Source of the DNA: an uncultured Clostridia bacterium
GTDB lineage: Bacteria; Bacillota; Clostridia; Oscillospirales; CAG-272
Direction: 5' to 3'
Assembly (NCBI GenBank): GCA_944384585.1
Contig: CALWTY010000001.1
Coordinates: 19,849-83,848 of the forward strand
DNA: 64,000 bases
The notes under the pieces were generated by a model. The model searched no databases and was not told the origin of the DNA. It was given only the letters and a program-made list of their open reading frames with translations. The translations under genes were made by a program, and so were the position numbers. Of the stretch, positions 8,816-16,077 are shown one piece after another (the stretch's first letter is position 1; each line of letters opens with the position of its first letter).

Positions 8816-9788
8816 AATCCAATACGGAAACGAAGTCGTCTGTCTGCCCGCCGCTGCCCTTGAGAGCTGCGGGGAGCTGCTGCAGCTCCGCCTGCTGATG
8901 CTCCTCTCCCTCGACAGGAGCATGGCGTCGGCGGAGCATACCGTGCTGGCGGAGCGACTGGGCTGCACGGAGGAGGAGCTGTCCGATACCGTCGCCGCGC
9001 TGCGGGCCGTCCGCCTGCTTGCGCCGGAGCAGAGGCTTGCCCCCTCCGCCCAGACAAAAAACCTCGCAGGCGAGGAGATCGCTGCCGTCGTCGAAAAAGA
9101 ACAGGGCTTCCGGCAGCTCCTTGACGAATGCCAGAACATCTGCGGCAAAATCTTCACCCCGACCGATATCTCCAAGATCATCTCGATTCGGACCGAGCTT
9201 GGCTTTGACGGGGAAACGATCCTGCTTCTGTTTTTCTACTGCTCCGAGAAGCTCGACGCTGTGGGACGCAAGGTATCGGTCAGCTATGTCGAGAAGACCG
9301 CCTATTCCCTCTATCACCGGGGAGTTCGCGATCTGACGGGGCTTCAGAACTACATCAAGCGCACCGAGGAGGAGAACAGCCTTGCCTTCCGCCTCCGCCG
9401 CCTCTTCGGAATCGGAGACCGCAGCTTTACCAAGAAGGAAAAGCGCTTCTTCGATAAATGGAGCGGAGAATGGCAAACGCCATATGAGCTGATCGAATAT
9501 GCCTACAACATCACCGTCGATTCCACCGGCAAGCCCTCCCTCGAATATATGTCCACCATCCTGTCGGGCTGGCACGACAAGCAGATTCAGACGGTCGCAG
9601 AGGCGGAAAAATCCACCGAGGAGCATCGCCGCTCCTCCGGCTTCCGCGAGAGGCCGGCAGAAAAATCTGCCTCCGCCTCCCCCTCCAGCTTCAATACCGA
9701 GGAGTTTTTCGAGAAGGCGCTGCAGCGAAGCTACGCCATGATGAACGAAGAAAACCGAACGAGAAAGAAGGACGAGCATGGGATTTAA
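8805..9788 (+). CDS. DnaD-domain replication initiation protein (DnaB/DnaD-like)
   Basis: Two DnaD-like repeats (ISKIISIRTELGFDGETILLLFFYC...; ELIEYAYNITVDSTGKPSLEYMSTILSGWHDK). Overlaps the rex stop by 11 nt. Confidence 0.75.
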   Translation: MSYKIQYGNEVVCLPAAALESCGELLQLRLLMLLSLDRSMASAEHTVLAERLGCTEEELSDTVAALRAVRLLAPEQRLAPSAQTKNLAGEEIAAVVEKEQGFRQLLDECQNICGKIFTPTDISKIISIRTELGFDGETILLLFFYCSEKLDAVGRKVSVSYVEKTAYSLYHRGVRDLTGLQNYIKRTEEENSLAFRLRRLFGIGDRSFTKKEKRFFDKWSGEWQTPYELIEYAYNITVDSTGKPSLEYMSTILSGWHDKQIQTVAEAEKSTEEHRRSSGFRERPAEKSASASPSSFNTEEFFEKALQRSYAMMNEENRTRKKDEHGI

Positions 9789-10758
9789 CCGTGAAAATTA
9801 CCGTCGGATCAAGCGGGAATACGACGGCAAGAATCTCCGCGCCAAGGAGGACGCCGAGCGCCGCCGCGAGGAGCTTCACCGCCGCCTCCCCGAAATCCGC
9901 GATCTCGACGATCGCCTCTCTCAGACGGGGCTGAGCATTCTGGCCGCCGCCTCCCGTCTTAACGGCGAGGCGCTGGAACGGGAGATTTCCCGTCTGAAGG
10001 AGGAAAACGAGGCGCTTTTGCAGAAGCGCGCTGCGCTGCTGACCCGTCATGGGCTGCCCGCCAATTATTCCGACGTGAAATACGAGTGCGCCGCCTGCTC
10101 CGACACCGGCTTTATCGGAATCGGAATGTGCCGCTGCATGAGGGAGCGCCTGATCTTTGCCGGCTATGAAAGCTCCGGGATCGGCAGCCTCATTGCCTCC
10201 AGAACCTTCGACAACTTCGATCCCGGCCGTCAGCCCGATCCGTCGGTACGGGAGGGGCTTGAGAGGATCTTCCGCTTCTGTCAGCGCTATGCCGACGGCT
10301 TCCGGGAAACCGGCAGCGCCAATCTGCTCCTCATCGGGGCGACGGGACTGGGCAAAACCCATCTTTCAGCCGCGGTGGCGGGACGGGTGATCGACCGCGG
10401 CTTCGACGTTGTCTGCGAGACGGCGCAGAATTTCTTCTCGGACTTTGAAAACCGCCGCTTCAACCGCCCCTACGGGGGATATGAGCGCGAGGAGGACGAG
10501 ACCGACCGCTATACCGACTGCGATCTGCTGATCCTCGACGACCTCGGCACCGAGCTGACCAACCAATTCACCGTCAGCTGTCTCTACAATATCCTCAACA
10601 CCCGCCTCAACCGCGGACGGGCGATGATGATCAATACCAATCTGACCCGCGAAGAGCTGCATCGGCGCTACGCCGACCGGATCACCTCCCGCCTCTTCGG
10701 GGAATTCGCGCCGCTGATGTTCCGCGGCACCGATATGAGACAGCTCATGCTGGGCTGA
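9778..10758 (+). CDS. dnaI: DnaI/DnaC-type helicase loader ATPase
   Basis: Cys cluster CAACSDTGFIGIGMCRCM, Walker A GATGLGKTHL and Walker B DLLILDDLGTE. Overlaps the upstream gene by 11 nt. Confidence 0.8.
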   Translation: MGFNRENYRRIKREYDGKNLRAKEDAERRREELHRRLPEIRDLDDRLSQTGLSILAAASRLNGEALEREISRLKEENEALLQKRAALLTRHGLPANYSDVKYECAACSDTGFIGIGMCRCMRERLIFAGYESSGIGSLIASRTFDNFDPGRQPDPSVREGLERIFRFCQRYADGFRETGSANLLLIGATGLGKTHLSAAVAGRVIDRGFDVVCETAQNFFSDFENRRFNRPYGGYEREEDETDRYTDCDLLILDDLGTELTNQFTVSCLYNILNTRLNRGRAMMINTNLTREELHRRYADRITSRLFGEFAPLMFRGTDMRQLMLG

Positions 10759-10801
10759 CCCCCCTCCGCTGTCCGTCCGATCCAAAGAAAAGGAGCTTTC
10801 C

Positions 10802-11563
10802 ATGAAAATAGCCATTATCACCGGTGCCTCTTCGGGGCTGGGAGAACAATATCTCCGACACATCGTCAGACTCTATCCCGACGTCAAGGCCGTCTGGGCG
10901 ATCGCAAGACGGCAGGAGCGCCTTCAGGCGCTGGCGGAGGAGTGCGGCGAGGGACGGGTCGTTCCCTTCCCGCTCGATCTGATCTCCTACGACAGCTACG
11001 ACGCGCTGAAGCAGCGTCTGGAAGCAGAACGGCCGGAGGTCGCCATTCTGATCAACAACGCCGGCTACGGCACGCTCGGAAATTTCGATGAGATGGAGCT
11101 GCTCTCGCAGGCACGGATGGTCGATCTGAACAACCGCGCCCTGACCGCCGTCACCTCCGCCGTCCTGCCCTATATGTCAAAGGGCAGCTTTATCATCAAC
11201 GTCTGCTCCATCGCCGCCTTCGCCCCCAACCCCCGCATGACCGTCTACTGCTCCAGCAAGGCCTATGTCTACAGTTTCTCCAAGTCACTTCGCTTCGAGC
11301 TTAAGAACCGCGGGATCAATGTTCTCGTTGTCTGCCCCGGCCCGATGGATACCGAGTTTCTCCCCGTCGCGGGGATCGGGAAGGGCAGCTCCCACACCTT
11401 CGATACCCTCCCCCGCTGCAACCCCGTCACGGTGGCGGAGCGCTCCCTCAAACGGGCGGCGGCAGGCAAGGGGAAATATACCCCCCGCTTCTTCTATAAG
11501 CTCTATCACCTCCTCTCCAACCTTCTGCCCCACGCTCTTGTCATGCATATGAGCAAAACATGA
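10802..11563 (+). CDS. SDR-family oxidoreductase
   Basis: ITGASSGLG cofactor motif and YCSSKAY catalytic motif. Confidence 0.85.
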   Translation: MKIAIITGASSGLGEQYLRHIVRLYPDVKAVWAIARRQERLQALAEECGEGRVVPFPLDLISYDSYDALKQRLEAERPEVAILINNAGYGTLGNFDEMELLSQARMVDLNNRALTAVTSAVLPYMSKGSFIINVCSIAAFAPNPRMTVYCSSKAYVYSFSKSLRFELKNRGINVLVVCPGPMDTEFLPVAGIGKGSSHTFDTLPRCNPVTVAERSLKRAAAGKGKYTPRFFYKLYHLLSNLLPHALVMHMSKT

Positions 11564-11662
11564 CCCGGGCTGTCGGGAAAAAAACTTGCCGAAACGGTTG
11601 ACAACAAACGAAAAATAGTATAGAATAATGGTGAAGAGTACCGGAAAGGAATGATCTATATT

Positions 11663-11959
11663 ATGGCCGATGAACTTTTTAATGAGGAAGTGTTCACCCT
11701 TACCGACGAGGAAGGCAACGAGAAGCAATTCGAGCTGCTCGGAAGCCAGGAAATCGACGGGAACACCTATCTTGCGCTCGTTCCGATCGAGGACAACGAG
11801 AGCGACGAATACGTCATCCTGAAGGTCGAAGAGGACGAGGAGGGCGAGGAGATGCTGGTCACCATCGACGATGATGACGAGTTCAACCGCGTCGCCGACT
11901 TCTTTGACGACGAGCTCTTCGGAGAGATCGATTACGACGAGACCGGAGAGGAAGAATAA
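11663..11959 (+). CDS. DUF1292-like acidic small protein
   Basis: FTLTDEEGNEKQFELL...IDGNTYLALVP...DEYVILKVEEDEEGEE pattern. A TTGACA-17-TAGAAT promoter-like element lies upstream, with the -35 at about 11598. Confidence 0.7.
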   Translation: MADELFNEEVFTLTDEEGNEKQFELLGSQEIDGNTYLALVPIEDNESDEYVILKVEEDEEGEEMLVTIDDDDEFNRVADFFDDELFGEIDYDETGEEE

Positions 11960-11989
11960 AACAACCTGCCGATCGACATAATTCCTGCT

Positions 11990-12193
11990 TAGTTCGCCAC
12001 GGACAGACCGTTAAAACCTACAAGAGATCAATGGAGTCCGGCCTTCGCGCTCAGGGTATGCAGACCTCCCTCCGACGCCTCTTTACGACGCGCCGGCAAG
12101 GACGTTGGGAGCACAAGCGACGCGAGAGGACACCAACCTGCTGTCAGCGGGTTTCTCAATGGTCTGTCTGAGCGGCTCGGCGGGATTTTTTTC
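11990..12193 (+). ncRNA. candidate 6S-like (rod-shaped) small RNA
   Basis: Long-range closing helix: 12001-12018 pairs with 12149-12169, and 11994-11998 with 12179-12183. Internal strands pair imperfectly into one extended hairpin. A U-run at 12186-12192 follows, and CATAAT lies at 11977-11982 just upstream. No convincing ORF. Confidence 0.4.
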
Positions 12194-12355
12194 TTTGCCC
12201 CGCCGTTTTGATGTGAACTTGTGAATATTTCCGCTTTTCACACGGTGCTCTCCCGCCATGCTGTGAATCGGCAGGAAATATCACAGAACAAAGGGGCGAA
12301 TGTGTTAATAAAACGTGAATATTTGCCTTCGGACGCAGGAGTTTAGCGAAATCAT

Positions 12356-12384
12356 TTGACAAACGCCACAAAAACGATTACAAT
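12356..12384 (+). promoter_or_regulatory. sigma-A type promoter for the transketolase operon
   Basis: TTGACA (12356-12361), 17-nt spacer, TACAAT (12379-12384). Confidence 0.6.
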
Positions 12385-12497
12385 AGATGAGGAAACGGTA
12401 TCGTCGGGATGTTGCGGGATCGGTCTTCTCGCCCGGCTCCGGCTATCATACCCTGATAATATAAATCCACCATCACGGTCAGGAGGAAACAACGCAA

Positions 12498-13334
12498 ATG
12501 GAACAGGAAAAAATCAAGGAACTCAGCCTGAAGTCCGCAGAGATCAAGCTCGGCGCGCTTGAGGCTGTTTACAGCGCCTCATCGGGACATCCCGGCGGTT
12601 CTCTCTCGATTTCGGATATTCTCGCCTACCTCTATTTTGAGGAGCTGCGCGTCGACGTCAAGAACCCCCGCTGGGAGGATCGGGATCGCCTCGTGCTTTC
12701 CAAGGGTCACACCTCCCCCGGTCTCTACGCCGCTCTCGCCGCTAAAGGCTTCATCCCGAAGGAGGATCTGAAGACCTTCCGCCAGGCCGACAGCTACCTG
12801 CAGGGTCACCCCGACATGAAGCACACCCCCGGCGTCGACATGACCTCCGGCTCGCTCGGACTCGGCATCTCCGCCGCCTGCGGTATGGCGCTGTCCGGCA
12901 AAATCAACCGGAAGGACTACCGCGTGTACGCAATCCTCGGAGACGGGGAATGCGAGGAGGGGCAGGTCTGGGAGGCGGCGATGTTCGCCGCACACAAGAA
13001 GCTCGACAATCTCTGCATCTTTGTCGACTTCAACGGCCTGCAGATCGACGGTCGGGTGACCGAGGTCGTCGATCCCACCCCGCTCGACAAAAAATTCGAG
13101 GCCTTCCGCTGGAACGTGATCGTCATCAACGGACATGATTTCAACGAGATAGACGCTGCCGTCAAGGCGGCCAAGGCCTGCAAGGACAAGCCCACCGCCA
13201 TCATTTGCCATACCGTCAAGGGCAAGGGCGTTTCCTTCATGGAAAACAACGTCAAATGGCACGGCTCCGCGCCCAATCAGGAGCAGTATGAGCAGGCTGT
13301 CGCGGAAATCAACGCTACGATCGAGTCTTTATAA
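12498..13334 (+). CDS. transketolase, N-terminal subunit
   Basis: SGHPGGSLS, LSKGH and ILGDGECEEGQVWEA motifs. GGAGGAAA SD upstream. Confidence 0.9.
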   Translation: MEQEKIKELSLKSAEIKLGALEAVYSASSGHPGGSLSISDILAYLYFEELRVDVKNPRWEDRDRLVLSKGHTSPGLYAALAAKGFIPKEDLKTFRQADSYLQGHPDMKHTPGVDMTSGSLGLGISAACGMALSGKINRKDYRVYAILGDGECEEGQVWEAAMFAAHKKLDNLCIFVDFNGLQIDGRVTEVVDPTPLDKKFEAFRWNVIVINGHDFNEIDAAVKAAKACKDKPTAIICHTVKGKGVSFMENNVKWHGSAPNQEQYEQAVAEINATIESL

Positions 13335-13350
13335 TCGGGGGATCATGAAA

Positions 13351-14295
13351 ATGGCAGAAAAAATTGCAACCAGAGAAGCATACGGCGACGCGCTGGTCGA
13401 ATTCGGCGCGAAATACGAGAAGCTGGTCGTCCTTGACGCCGATCTTGCCGAGGCGACCAAAACAGGAAAATTCAAGAAGGCCTATCCCGACAGATTCTTT
13501 GACTGCGGGATCGCGGAGGGAAACATGGTGGCGGTCGCCGCGGGTCTTGCCACGACCGGCATGATCCCCTTTGCCAGCTCCTTTGCCATGTTCACGGCGG
13601 GACGTGCCTTCGAGCAGATCCGCAATGCGATCGGCTATCCGCACCTCAACGTCAAAATCGGAGCGACCCACGCCGGCATCACCGTCGGAGAGGACGGCGC
13701 GACCCATCAGTGCCTGGAGGATCTCGGCACGATGCGCACCATCCCCGGAATGACGATCCTCAACCCCGCCGACGCCGTCGAGGCCAGAGCCGCTGTGGAA
13801 GCCGCTATCCTCATGGAGGGGCCCTGCTATCTCCGCTTCGGCCGTCTGGCCGTACCGGTCATCTATGACAAGAGCAGCTACACTCTCACCGTCGGAAAGG
13901 GTGTCGTCATGTCGGAGGGCAAGGACGTCACCATCGTCGCCACCGGCATCATGGTCGCCATGGCGCTTGAGGCGAAGGAATTGCTCAAGGCGGAGGGCAT
14001 TGACGCCGCCGTCCTCAACATCCACACCATCAAGCCGCTCGACAAAGAGCTGATTCTGAAGGCCGCCGCCGAAACCGGCGCGCTGGTCACCGCCGAGGAG
14101 CATAACGTGATCGGAGGGCTGGGCTCTGCGGTCGCGGAAGCCGTCTCGGAGGCCTGCCCCGTTCCGGTTCTCCGCGTCGGGGTGGAGGACACCTTCGGCT
14201 GCTCCGGCAAGGTTCCCGCCCTGCTTGAGAAGTACGGTCTGACCCCCGCGCACATCGCCGCCAAGGCCAAGGCCGCCGCCGCACTGAAGAAGTAA
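13351..14295 (+). CDS. transketolase, C-terminal subunit
   Basis: FFDCGIAEGNMV, SFAMF and HAGITVGEDGATHQ motifs. GGGGGA SD 8 nt upstream of this ATG; an alternative ATG is at 13345. Confidence 0.9.
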   Translation: MAEKIATREAYGDALVEFGAKYEKLVVLDADLAEATKTGKFKKAYPDRFFDCGIAEGNMVAVAAGLATTGMIPFASSFAMFTAGRAFEQIRNAIGYPHLNVKIGATHAGITVGEDGATHQCLEDLGTMRTIPGMTILNPADAVEARAAVEAAILMEGPCYLRFGRLAVPVIYDKSSYTLTVGKGVVMSEGKDVTIVATGIMVAMALEAKELLKAEGIDAAVLNIHTIKPLDKELILKAAAETGALVTAEEHNVIGGLGSAVAEAVSEACPVPVLRVGVEDTFGCSGKVPALLEKYGLTPAHIAAKAKAAAALKK

Positions 14296-14373
14296 GCACT
14301 TCCCGCGCTCGGATTGCCGCCTGAAACGACGGAGCGCGCCCGAACAGGGGCGCGCTCCCTTAACAAATCACGC

Positions 14374-14411
14374 ATGACAGTATGGTCGGAAGGCCGTACT
14401 GTCATTTTTTT
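14374..14411 (+). terminator. rho-independent terminator of the tkt operon
   Basis: ATGACAGTATGG / CCGTACTGTCAT 12-bp stem followed by a T-run. Preceded by a GC hairpin, GGAGCGCGCCC-gaaca-GGGGCGCGCTCC, at about 14332-14358. Confidence 0.75.
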
Positions 14412-14418
14412 CGTGTCG

Positions 14419-14547
14419 CGGGGAGCGCCATCCGCCCCGTTTCCGGCGGCGCATCCCCCTTGCGCCTGACACAAGCAATGCCCGCCCGGGGAGCGCCATC
14501 CGCCCCGTTTCCGGCGGTGAATACCGCGCCGCGCGCATCCCCCTTGC
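14419..14547. repeat. imperfect direct repeat (31-bp plus 16-bp modules, two copies)
   Basis: CGGGGAGCGCCATCCGCCCCGTTTCCGGCGG at 14419-14449 and 14487-14517. GCGCATCCCCCTTGCG at 14449-14464 and 14532-14547. Confidence 0.7.
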
Positions 14548-14610
14548 GTCGTCGCACGGGCACGATACGCCCGGTCTTCCCTTTTCCGCATCGACTCCCC
14601 CCCCTCCGAC

Positions 14611-14655
14611 AAAAAGCAGCCCAGGCTGAACTTCCCTTCAGCCTGCGCTGCTTTT
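14611..14655. terminator. bidirectional hairpin terminator
   Basis: AAAAA-GCAGCCCAGGCTGAA-cttccc-TTCAGCCTGCGCTGC-TTTT. Probably ends the minus-strand peptidase/esterase operon about 200 nt after its stop. Confidence 0.55.
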
Positions 14656-14858
14656 CTCTGATTCCGTCGGAAAATCGTGTCCTTCCATACGCCCCCGCTG
14701 ATCCGCAGGGACTTCGTCCTGCCGAGCAGCTGTCCTGCAATCGAGCGATCGGTGGATTTGAGCCTCTCCGGGGAAGCAGGACGGGGAGCTCCGCCCGACG
14801 CGGGATTCCGCAGCCGCTTCTCCTGTCCGCCGCGACAGAAGTTCTGCGATCGTTTCCC

Positions 14859-15323
14859 CTACTCGCTGCGGGGAGGACTTCCTCCCTTGAGACGGCTACG
14901 GAGCGCAAAGATCCGCTTCCGATATCGGAAAAGCGCCGGCCAGACCGTCGCATAGAACCGCCAGCGGAGGCTGCTTGGCTCGCAGCGCTTGCCCTTGTGC
15001 AGCACTGACACCGCGACAGCGAGGATGCTGTCCGGAGAGACCCCGCGCTCCTCCCCGGTCTGCGCGTCACCGAGCATCGTACAGCTTCCGTCCGCTTCCC
15101 GCCGCATGACCCGATGCAGCAGCCACCGCCCGCCCGCGCGCTGATAGAGGACGATATCCCCCCGCTTCGGCGGTCTCTCCGGCAGGGACAGGCTGACGAT
15201 ATCCCCCTCGGTCAGAAAGGGCGTCATGCTGCTGCCCTTGACCGGCACGGGGACAAGCCCCGCGCCCTCGCGGAGCATTTCGACCGCCCGGGTGAGATAT
15301 TCCCCGGTATCAAGGATTCTCAT
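14859..15323 (-). CDS. S24/S26-family (signal-peptidase-like) serine peptidase
   Basis: VKGSSMTPFL...GDIV...GDIVLY pattern typical of the LexA/signal peptidase fold. Confidence 0.6.
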   Translation of the reverse strand: MRILDTGEYLTRAVEMLREGAGLVPVPVKGSSMTPFLTEGDIVSLSLPERPPKRGDIVLYQRAGGRWLLHRVMRREADGSCTMLGDAQTGEERGVSPDSILAVAVSVLHKGKRCEPSSLRWRFYATVWPALFRYRKRIFALRSRLKGGSPPRSE

Positions 15324-15981
15324 GTGCCGGCGAACGGCGCGCGCCGATCAGCCATGCGATGAGATCGGTCTGTTCATAGGCGGGATCCCATGCGTTATGT
15401 CTGTTGCCGGGGAAAACGGTCAGCTCCGCGCTGCCGCCCCGCTCCGTCACCGTCCCGCACATCCGACGGGAATAGTCGACCGGAACGACAGGATCTCCCT
15501 CGCAATGAAAGGCTCTAATCGGCGTTTTCATTTTACGCGGAATCCGCCAATCCATCCCTCCCCCGCAGATCGGCGCCGCCGCCGAGAAGAAATCGGGGTG
15601 GGAAACCAGCAGTTCCCAGGTGCCGAAGCCTCCCATACTGATGCCGGTGATCGAGATTCTGTCACGGTCGGCACGATATTTCTCCGCCATCCTCAGAACA
15701 AAGTCGAAAAGCGGGATCGAGAGATCGTTCCATACCGTGGTAAGCGGGCACTGGGGCGACACCGTGATGACGCGATGCCCCTGATAATCGGGATCGGCGG
15801 AAAAGAGCTTGGGAATACCGTGAATCTTCACCGATGACAGCTCCTCCCCTCGTTCCCCCGCTCCGTGCAGAAAGACGATCATCGGCAGCGATTCCTTCTC
15901 CGGATCGAAGCCGGAGGGCGTTGTGACAACGGCACGAAAGGATACCTCGCTGCGGATTGTTTCGTTTATTTCGTAAATCAT
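15310..15981 (-). CDS. alpha/beta hydrolase (carboxylesterase/peptidase-like)
   Basis: FLHGAGERG, nucleophile elbow GISMGG, and a late HCEGD...H region. Overlaps the downstream gene by 14 nt. Confidence 0.8.
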   Translation of the reverse strand: MIYEINETIRSEVSFRAVVTTPSGFDPEKESLPMIVFLHGAGERGEELSSVKIHGIPKLFSADPDYQGHRVITVSPQCPLTTVWNDLSIPLFDFVLRMAEKYRADRDRISITGISMGGFGTWELLVSHPDFFSAAAPICGGGMDWRIPRKMKTPIRAFHCEGDPVVPVDYSRRMCGTVTERGGSAELTVFPGNRHNAWDPAYEQTDLIAWLIGARRSPAHENP

Positions 15982-16077
15982 ATTCCTCTCCCCCGCCGAT
16001 TTCGGCTTTTTCTTTTTTCATCCTGAAAAAAACCGGAACGCCCGATGCTGAGCGTTCCGGTTCTGTTTCGATATTTA

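Noticed and set aside
12385-12497. A riboswitch (e.g. TPP) in the ~110-nt leader of the transketolase operon.
   Set aside because: Only a vague ACCCTGATAAT resemblance to the THI-box is present. The conserved CUGAGA and GGGGUGC-type elements are absent, and no terminator or anti-terminator alternative is evident.
14419-14547. Possible CRISPR array.
   Set aside because: There are only two repeat copies, the modules are directly abutting or irregularly spaced, there is no spacer periodicity, and there are no cas genes in the window.
14690-14830. A tRNA-like T-loop resemblance (…GGCTCAAATCCACC… on the minus strand) in the long non-coding gap.
   Set aside because: The flanking bases do not form a T-stem or an acceptor stem, and no anticodon arm could be drawn. 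I found no tRNA or rRNA anywhere in the window.
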